Positions 18,209 to 25,900 of a stretch of DNA of 32,000 bases are shown piece after piece (the stretch's first letter is position 1; each line of letters starts with the position of its first letter). The position numbers and the translations under genes are program-made. Below the pieces are notes generated by a model. It saw only the letters and a list, made by a program, of their open reading frames with translations, was not told the origin of the DNA and did not search any database. Source of the DNA: Mucisphaera calidilacus (GTDB lineage: Bacteria; Planctomycetota; Phycisphaerae; Phycisphaerales; Phycisphaeraceae). The stretch is taken from assembly GCF_007748075.1 (NCBI RefSeq), contig NZ_CP036280.1, forward strand, positions 840,001 through 872,000, read 5' to 3'.

Positions 18209-18238
18209 CGTCCCCGGTTCTGCCGGGGGCGTTTTTTT
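18209..18238 (+). terminator. Intrinsic terminator after the porin gene
   Basis: CGTCCCCGG-ttctg-CCGGGGGCG forms a 9-bp stem with one G-U pair. Seven T's follow immediately. Confidence 0.7.
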
Positions 18239-18358
18239 GCGCATCGAGCGGGCGGCCTCAAGTCTTATAAAAGATTGGATTCTGTCGATCCGCGTGCTTT
18301 ACTGGTTGGACGGGGGTCTGTATTTCGGGATGGAACGACGGCCATACGGGAGTCTTCA

Positions 18359-20152
18359 GTGCTGATCAACCAACGTGTCTTTCTGTGTATCGCTCTTGCA
18401 GTGATGGGTTTATGGCAGATGGAGACGCGGGCCGAGGTGCGCGGCACCTGGCTGACGACCACCGGGCCGGACCACATCCGCTCGGGGACCAAGACCGAGT
18501 CGGTCTTCAACACGCTCCGCAACACCGTCGGGCTCAACACCGCCTACGTCGAGACGCTCAAGGAGGGCTACACCCAGTTCCCCTCGCAGGTGATGCAGGA
18601 CCTGATCGGCGTCGACCGCCACCCCAACCTCGGCACGACGCGTGACCTCCTCTCCGAGACGGCCATCCAGGCCCACCGCCAGGGCATGGCCCACATCGCC
18701 TGGTTCGAGTACGGCTTCTCGCCGCAGTACGTCGGCGCGTTCGGCACCCCGACCAACGAACTCGGTCAGTGGGCGCTCCAGAACGGCTACCTGCTCGAGG
18801 ACCGCGACGGCTACTACGCCAACACCTCCCACCAGTTCGCCTGGATGAACCCCGCGGTGCCCGAGGTCCGTCAGCTGCTGATCGACCTCACCCTTGAAGC
18901 GATCGAGACGCACGACATCGATGGCGTGCAGCTTGATGACCGGCTCGCCTGGCCCAGGGAGTTCGGCTGGGACGACACGACCGCCGCGATGTACAAGGCC
19001 GAGACGGGCCGCAACCTGCCCTCGAACGTGAACGACAGCAACTTCCGGAACTGGCGTGCCCAGAAGGTCTTCGAGTTCGCGACGCAGTGGTACACCGCGG
19101 TCAAGACGGCACGCCCGGACCTGATCGTCTCGGTCAGCCCGTCGATCATGAACTGGAGCTTCACGCAGTTCAACGCCGACTGGGAGGACTGGGCCGACGC
19201 CGGCCTGTTCGACGAGATCGTCCCGCAGGTCTATCGCAACAACCTCAGTTCCTACCGCAACGAGCTGCCGCGCCAGGTCAGCATCATGGCCGGCGCCGAC
19301 GGCACGCGTAACGGCCGGTTGGAGGATCTTGTCATCGGGATCTCACGCGACGCCACCTCGTCGCCGACGCCGCTCAACGAGCTGCTCCAGATGATCCAGG
19401 ACGCCCGCGACGCCGGCACCGCGGGCCACGTCCTCTGGTACGCCCGTGGCGTGCTCGACAACGCCGAGGCACTCGGCGCCTTCTACGCTCAGAATCCCGA
19501 GCTGGCCGACTCGCCGAAGATGGACCCGGGCCGACGCCCCGACCCGCTTGTCGCCGACGAACTGCTGCCCGCCTTCTGGTCGGTGGACGTCACGACCCCG
19601 GGCCAGTACCGGCTGGTCGTCAAGGACGACAAGGCACGCTGGAGCGAGGCGGAGTCGCTCTACCTGCTCTCGGGCACCTACCACTTCGATACCGAACTCG
19701 ACATCCTCGGCGTCGAACTGCTGGCCGACCGCCGACCGATCCCCGCCGACTTCAACCGCGACTACCTCGTGGATCAGATCGACATTGATGCCCTGGTCGC
19801 GAACCTCGGCGGCACCGACCTCGCCTACGACCTCGACGGCTCGGGCGTGGTCGATCAGGATGACCTGGCCTATCTCGTGGAGCAGGTCTGGGGCACGCGC
19901 GCGGGCGACGCCAACCTCGACCGCGAGGTCGATCTGCTCGATCTTTCACTGCTGGCGGCGTCGTTCGATCAGCCCGGCGGCTGGGCCGAGGGCGACCACA
20001 ACCACGACGGCATCGTGAATCTGCTCGACCTCTCGCTGCTCGCAGCGAACTTCGGCTGGCGTGCCGGTGTCATGGTGCCGGGCCCCGCCGTCGCGTGGCT
20101 GATGCTCGCGGGACTCGGTTACACTATGGGCAGACGCGGGTATTCATCCTGA
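18359..20152 (+). CDS. Secreted glycoside-hydrolase-like family 10 (GHL10/YngK-type) protein with tandem dockerin-like modules and a PEP-CTERM-like anchor
   Basis: The GHL10-like core reads EVRGTWLTTTGPDHI...NTAYVETLKEGYTQFPS...HIAWFEYGFSPQY...WMNPAVPEVRQLLIDLTLEAIETHDIDGVQLDDRLAWP. The start was chosen at the GTG at 18359 (VLINQRVFLCIALAVMGLW, a signal peptide) behind GGGAG. The track ORF starts at 18275. Confidence 0.8.
   Translation: MLINQRVFLCIALAVMGLWQMETRAEVRGTWLTTTGPDHIRSGTKTESVFNTLRNTVGLNTAYVETLKEGYTQFPSQVMQDLIGVDRHPNLGTTRDLLSETAIQAHRQGMAHIAWFEYGFSPQYVGAFGTPTNELGQWALQNGYLLEDRDGYYANTSHQFAWMNPAVPEVRQLLIDLTLEAIETHDIDGVQLDDRLAWPREFGWDDTTAAMYKAETGRNLPSNVNDSNFRNWRAQKVFEFATQWYTAVKTARPDLIVSVSPSIMNWSFTQFNADWEDWADAGLFDEIVPQVYRNNLSSYRNELPRQVSIMAGADGTRNGRLEDLVIGISRDATSSPTPLNELLQMIQDARDAGTAGHVLWYARGVLDNAEALGAFYAQNPELADSPKMDPGRRPDPLVADELLPAFWSVDVTTPGQYRLVVKDDKARWSEAESLYLLSGTYHFDTELDILGVELLADRRPIPADFNRDYLVDQIDIDALVANLGGTDLAYDLDGSGVVDQDDLAYLVEQVWGTRAGDANLDREVDLLDLSLLAASFDQPGGWAEGDHNHDGIVNLLDLSLLAANFGWRAGVMVPGPAVAWLMLAGLGYTMGRRGYSS
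19748..20059 (+). other. Two dockerin/EF-hand-like repeat pairs within the GHL10 protein
   Basis: The repeat pairs are DFNRDYLVDQIDIDALVANLGG...DLDGSGVVDQDDLAYLVEQVWG and GDANLDREVDLLDLSLLAASFD...GDHNHDGIVNLLDLSLLAANFGW. Confidence 0.6.
20075..20149 (+). other. PEP-CTERM-like sorting signal (PGP variant)
   Basis: VPGPAVAWLMLAGLGYTMGRRGYSS has a Pro-x-Pro motif, a hydrophobic helix and a basic cluster at the extreme C-terminus. Confidence 0.55.
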
Positions 20153-20159
20153 CGCGTAC

Positions 20160-20233
20160 GCCCTCGTAGCTCAGCTGGATAGAGCAGCGGACTTCTAATC
20201 CGCAGGTCGCAGGTTCGAATCCTGCCGGGGGTA
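20160..20233 (+). tRNA. tRNA-Arg (anticodon TCT)
   Basis: Folded by hand into a 74-nt cloverleaf. Acceptor GCCCTCG/CGGGGGT (G1-U72 and U5-G68 wobbles). D arm GCTC-AGCTGGATA-GAGC. Anticodon arm GCGGA-CTTCTAA-TCCGC. T arm GCAGG-TTCGAAT-CCTGC. Discriminator A. No encoded CCA. Confidence 0.9.
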
Positions 20234-20377
20234 TTGATACGTCGCATGATGTCTGCCGCCGCATGGGATCGGCTCGTTTAAGCCTTCTCGCCGGTGTCCC
20301 CGCTAACAGAACCCGCAGCGGGGCCCTCAGGCCGAACGCTCTCGTGACCGCAACAGCACCGTCCCATACCGCACCGC

Positions 20378-22432
20378 TTACGACGCCGACGGATCCCGAT
20401 CCCCGCCGTCCTGATCCTCGAAGAAGGCCTCTTCGATCTTCACGACCAGGAACGTCACGTCGTCGTCGATGGTCTGCTCGCCACAGAAGTCCTTCAGCGA
20501 CCGGTAGAGCGCTTTCTCGATCTCGGAGGCGGGGCGGTCGATCAGGCCACGGATCGTCTCTTGCAGGCGCTCTCGTCCGTACTGTTCACCAGCGGCGTTG
20601 CGTGACTCCCAGAGGCCGTCGGTGCCGATCACGATGACCTGACCGGCACGCAAGTCGCGCATGATCGCCTCGTGATAGACCTCGTCGCTCATGATGCCCA
20701 GCGGCAGTCCGCCGTGCTCTCCCATGTCGAGGAAGCAGTCTGCCTTCGGGTCGTAATAGAAGGGCGGGTCGTGGCCGGCACTGGTCCAGCGCAGGACGTG
20801 CTCCTTGCGGTCGACCATCATCAGCAGCATCGTCATGAAGCGCTGCCCGCCCGTGTCCTCGACGAGCAAGTCGTTGACGTGCGTCAGGATGGCGCTCAAC
20901 GAGCCCTCGCCCTGCGTGTAGGAACGCAGCATGCCCCGCGCCGTTGCCATGAGCATGGCCGCGGCAACGCCGTGCCCCATGACGTCCCCGAGCGCGAAGA
21001 GCATCGAGCCCTCATCGAGACCCGCGACCTCCAGATAGTCGTAGTAATCGCCCCCCGTCTCGTCGCAGTATTCCGAACGAGCCGCGACATCGAGGCCGGT
21101 CACGCTTGGCGTTTGGGCCGGCAGCAGTGCCTGCTGGACGTCCATCGCGACCGCGAGGGAGTGGCGCATGCGCACGCGGTCACGCAGCCCATCGGTCATC
21201 GCGTTGAGCTCGCTGGACAGTTGACGCAACTCGGGCGACTGGGTCAGATGAATCTCAAGATCAAGCTCACCGCCGCCGACACGACGTGCGTGCCGCGTCA
21301 GCTGGATCATCGGGCGGATGATCAGCAACGCTGCGCCCCAGCCCAGCAGCAGCGTGAGCAGGCACGCGACCGCGGACACCAGCATGCTGCGCTGTCGTCC
21401 CGCCTCGACCTCCGCCAGGAAGTCACGTTCCGGCACGAGCGTCACGATGACCCACCTCAGCCCCGTTGCGTGCACGAAGGGCGAGGCCATCAGCAGCAGC
21501 GGCTCGCCCGCAACAAGCACGGTCTCCACGTGGGTCTGCCCAAGATCTCCGAAGGAACCGAAACGCCCCACGACCGTCTGCGCCGAGATCCGAATCCAGT
21601 CATCGGTCACCTCGCCCGCAAGGACGCGCTCGCCACGCGCGTCGGCCAGAGGCACGCCCCGAGACGAACCGACAAGCAGCCCGCCGGGTTCTGCGACGTA
21701 CACCGCACCGTTGTCGCTGACGTGAACACCCTCCAGAAACCGCGAGACATCGTTGAGACTCAGGTCGGCGTCGATGACGCCGAGCAACGCTCCCTCCGCG
21801 TCGTGCATCGGCATCCCGTAGCTGATGCCGACGGTCGGCTCGTCCGCACCCTCGCCACCGACCCAGACGAACGGCTCGCACCAGGCCGCTCCGCCCGCCT
21901 CGACCGGCGCGCGATACCACGGCCGCACCCGTGGGTCGAAGCTGTAGCTCGTCGCCGGCTCAGAAGGGATCGCCCCTGATGAATCGATGGGGTACTCGTC
22001 CATGGTCCCCGGCTCATCGAGGCTGCTCACCGCGTAGAAGATCCGTGCGTCGTCGCCGTTGTAGCGCGACACCCACGTCGCCCTGCCATCTGCCGATCCC
22101 CAGACCACGCCGCTCAGCGACGGGTGTGCACGAAGGTGTGCGGCCAGCGTCAGACGCCACGCCGACAGATCGTCCGTCGTCAGCTTCCCCTGACGGATCA
22201 GGGAGGCGTTCAATGCGTTCACGCGACGTGGGGTGTCGAGCAGGATGTCCATCCGGGACGCCACACGCCGGCTGACCTGTTCCAATCCCTGGCGCGTCAG
22301 GTCCGCGGCGGTGCCGTGCTCACGCGCATAGGCGAGCGCCGACAACAGCAGGCCGACCAGCAGTACGGGCGTGACGAAAAGAATGGGCACGCTGACCCTC
22401 AGAGGCAATCGTGACAGAACGCTGCCGGTCAT
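20378..22432 (-). CDS. Membrane sensor PP2C/SpoIIE-family phosphoserine phosphatase (RsbU-like): TM, Cache-like periplasmic domain, TM, HAMP, PP2C
   Basis: 684 aa. The N-terminal TM helix is VPILFVTPVLLVGLLLSALAYA. A periplasmic region of about 300 aa follows, then a second TM (AVACLLTLLLGWGAALLII) and a HAMP region (RPMIQLTRHARRVGGGELD...LSSELNAMTDGL). SpoIIE/PP2C motifs are GGDYYDY, GDVMGHGVAAAMLMATAR and VIGTDGLWE. GAGGA lies 6 nt before the ATG at 22432. Confidence 0.9.
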   Translation of the reverse strand: MTGSVLSRLPLRVSVPILFVTPVLLVGLLLSALAYAREHGTAADLTRQGLEQVSRRVASRMDILLDTPRRVNALNASLIRQGKLTTDDLSAWRLTLAAHLRAHPSLSGVVWGSADGRATWVSRYNGDDARIFYAVSSLDEPGTMDEYPIDSSGAIPSEPATSYSFDPRVRPWYRAPVEAGGAAWCEPFVWVGGEGADEPTVGISYGMPMHDAEGALLGVIDADLSLNDVSRFLEGVHVSDNGAVYVAEPGGLLVGSSRGVPLADARGERVLAGEVTDDWIRISAQTVVGRFGSFGDLGQTHVETVLVAGEPLLLMASPFVHATGLRWVIVTLVPERDFLAEVEAGRQRSMLVSAVACLLTLLLGWGAALLIIRPMIQLTRHARRVGGGELDLEIHLTQSPELRQLSSELNAMTDGLRDRVRMRHSLAVAMDVQQALLPAQTPSVTGLDVAARSEYCDETGGDYYDYLEVAGLDEGSMLFALGDVMGHGVAAAMLMATARGMLRSYTQGEGSLSAILTHVNDLLVEDTGGQRFMTMLLMMVDRKEHVLRWTSAGHDPPFYYDPKADCFLDMGEHGGLPLGIMSDEVYHEAIMRDLRAGQVIVIGTDGLWESRNAAGEQYGRERLQETIRGLIDRPASEIEKALYRSLKDFCGEQTIDDDVTFLVVKIEEAFFEDQDGGDRDPSAS

Positions 22433-22971
22433 CGTTGTTCCTCACGTGTACGCGTGGCAACTGCAGCGATGCGCAGCCGCTCACGTCCGTGTGCTTCCAC
22501 CATAGCCTGACGCTATGACACGATCGTAAGTGAAAAACGCATGGATGAGCTGACGAACACTCAGGATCCAGCAGGATGATGCGCACGCAGGATTGTGGCG
22601 GGGTGACGAAACTTTCCCCTGCTCAAGTCCAACACCCTGGTTGGAGCTGGACCAATCCCGGAACGGACCGATCGCAGAGCCTCATCCCGGCAGCGAGGCT
22701 GTGCACGAGGATGCCACCAAACCTTGGGGCTTGTGGCCTGAACCTCGGCTCAATACGGTTCGGCTCGATTCAGACGCTTTGCCACGCTCATCATTGTTCT
22801 CTCAGCCCAGCCCCTCCTTCTGACCGATAACGTGATCCTTCTCGCAAGGGCAGCGCCGGGCTTATCGGCGGCTAGCCATCCTCAATCAGGTATTCAGGGG
22901 CAAGGGTTAATCGTCGATGAAGATGGGGCAGGCGTAGGGCCTGTGCGCTGGTAGGGCACGCCTGTTCGCTG

Positions 22972-25900
22972 TTGAGGAGCTGGCTCCGCATGGATCCATG
23001 GCACGATGACATCGCCGGGAAGGCCACGGGTCGCCGTGGCCGCGCGATGCAGATGGTGTCGATCGGTGCCATCGTCCTCGGCGTCGTGCTGATGGTTCTG
23101 GCGGCGCGGCAGTGGCGTTCCGAGCCGACCGTCTATGAGCGAAGCCAGGCCGCCGCGGAAATCCTCTGGGAGCAGGGCGGGGGGCTGATCGCCGACGTCC
23201 GAAGAGCGATCGTGCCCGCGATCGCGCGTGCGCAGATCATGCGGCGATCCGAACCGCTGGCTGAGGCCGTCGCGTCGGGTGATACCCGGGCCATCCGTGA
23301 CCTCTGCAACACCATCATGCGTCACAGCACCGAGATCGATTCGGTCGCGGTTCTCGATCCCGCCGGCGCGATGCTGGCGATCAACTCGGTCCACCCCGAC
23401 GGCACCGAGATCGACGAGCACCGTCTGGACATCATCCGCCGTGATGACTTCGCCCTCCACCCGGACATGCCTCATGCTCACGATGTGCCGCCGGAGCATG
23501 GCGCGCTCGAGTTTCACACCGACTGCAACGTGGTCCGCGCTCTCTACGCCGGCGAGCGGCTCTCCATCTCCTACTCCGTGCCGCTGCACGACGATGACGG
23601 CAGGCACATCGCGACCATCAGCACCCACATGCGCGCTCGTCGGGTCACCGACCTGCTCAAGCGTCGAATCATTGCCGGCGGCTCGGGCTCGATCCACCTC
23701 GTGACCGACCGGGGCGAGATCTTCCACGAGCAGGTCGCCGCGAGCGACACGCATTCGTCACTCAGCCGTGAAGTCATTGAGACCGCGATCTGGGATATGT
23801 CCGAGCAGAACAAGGATCGGGCGCTCTTCAACGAGGGTGACCAGTCCTTTGCGCTGGTTCGGCTGGCCGATCTCGAAACCGCCGACAACCACGGCATTCA
23901 GGCCATGGTGAGGGTGCCCAACGCCTGGCTGATGCACGAGTCGCGTCAGGATCACCTGCTGGGCCTGACCTCCCTGCTGATCGAGGGCCTGATGCTCTGC
24001 ACGCTGGGCGTGATCGCCGTCAGCTATCTCCGCAACGCGGAGCGCGGCAGGCGGCTCGAGCAACTGACCCGGGACTACGGGCGTATCGCCGAGGTGGCTC
24101 GCAGGACGCACAACGGCGTGGTGACACTCGACGACCAAGGCCGCATCGTCTGGTGCAATGAGGGCTTCGCGAGGATTACAAAGCATCAGCTCGCCGACGT
24201 GCAGGGGCGAGTGTTCGCGGACCTGCTCTGCGGCCCGCAGACCGACCCTGAACTGGCGGAACGGATGCGCAAGTCCCTCACACGAGGCGAATCTTTCGAG
24301 GGCGACCTGCGATGCAATGACGCCGACGGGCAGGAGATCTGGCTCGATATCGACGTCCAGCCGCGTGGCGATCGGAGCGGATCACCCGGCGGCTCCATGA
24401 TCGTCTTCAGCGACATCACGCCGCTGATGCAGTCCAGGCGAGAGGCGCTCGAGGCCTACAACGAAATCGATTCACTCCGCGGCGCGCTCGACCAGCACTC
24501 GATCATCTCCGTGACCGACGCCGAGGGCCGCATCACCGACGTCAACTCCGGCTTCTGCCGCATCAGCGGCTACAAACGCGAGGAGCTGATCGGCAAGAAC
24601 CACCGCATCATCAACTCCGGGACGCACCCCAAAGTCTTCTGGGAAGAGATGTGGAAGTGCGTGAGTTCCGGGCAGCCCTGGCGACGCATCGTCTGCAACC
24701 GCAGGAAGGACGGCTCGCTCTACTGGGTCGACTCCACCGTCATCCCCTGCACCTCCGCCGACGGCACGATCAACAAATACGTCTCCATCCGATTCGACAT
24801 CACCGCACAGAAGAAGGCGGAGCAGGTCGCCGAGCAGGTCAACGCCGAGATCGACGCCCAGCGACGCGAGCTGCAGACGATCATCGACAGCATCCCCGCC
24901 CTGATCTTCTACAAGGACAACCAGAACCGCATCCTGCACGCCAACCAGATGGTCGCGGATTCACTCGGCATGCGCATCGAGGATGTCGCAGGCAAACGCA
25001 CGGAAGCTTTGTATCCCTCCAAGGACGCCGCGGCCTACTACCGCGACGATCTCGAAGTCCTCGCCAGCCGCTCGCCGAAACTGGGGATCATCGAGCGACA
25101 CGAACAGAAAGAAGGCGAGCGACGGCACATCCGCACCGACAAGATCCCGCTCCGCGGGCCTTCGGGCAAGCTCGATCGCATCCTCGTCGTCGCCACCGAC
25201 ATCACCGAGATCCAGCAGGCCAACGAGAAACTCGACCGCCTCGCCAGGCGTCTGGCCGTCGCGACCGAGGGGGCCGGCGTCGGCATCTGGGACCTGAACC
25301 TCGCGAACAATGAGCTGATCTGGGACCGCACCATGTTCCGGATCTACGGCGTCGACGAGCAGGAAGGCCCGCTGGATTTGGAGAGCTGGAAGCGCCGTCT
25401 CCTCGCCGAGGACCTCGACGACGCGGTGGCGAAGTTCGAGGCGGCGATCCGGGGCGACGGTCAGTTCGAGACGGTCTTCAGGATCCGCACCGGCGAGGGA
25501 GAAGTCCGCTACGTCCAGGCCTCCGCCACCGTCATCCGCGACGAAGCCGGTCAGCCCGAGCACGTCATCGGCGTCAACTGGGACGTCTCCCGCCAGTACG
25601 AGGCCGAGTACCGCCTCGAACAGGCCATGAGTGCCTCCGACATCATCACCTACGACTGGATGATGCAGAACGAGTCCGCGTCCTTCATCAGCGACAACTA
25701 CTACACGCTCCTCGGCTACGAGCCGGGTGCCTTCGCCATCACTTTTGAAGCCTGGGCGTCACGCTGCCACCCCGACGACCGCGAGCGCGTCATCCGTGAG
25801 GTCCGCGACTACCTCGCCGACGCCCGCGGCCGCAGCTGCACCATCGAATGCCGCCTGATGACCCGATCGGGCGAGAGCGTCTGGATGCGCACCGTCGGTG

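Noticed and set aside
22576-22830. 84-aa and 76-aa ORFs (22576-22830, 22593-22823) inside the large spacer
   Set aside because: They have many A/T-ending codons (about 60% GC3 against about 90% in real genes here). Neither has an SD, the two overlap in different frames, and the peptides are implausible. I treat the region as non-coding.
22954-22969. Sigma-54 promoter-like sequence GGGCAC-gcctg-TTCGC upstream of the hybrid kinase (rpoN is in the window)
   Set aside because: The -24 half is good (GGCAC). At canonical spacing the -12 element reads TTCG rather than TTGC, so the invariant GC is shifted by one. A TGGCAC at 22998-23003 also lacks a -12 GC. No enhancer-binding protein is encoded nearby. 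I keep it as a weak lead inside the spacer finding, not as a feature.
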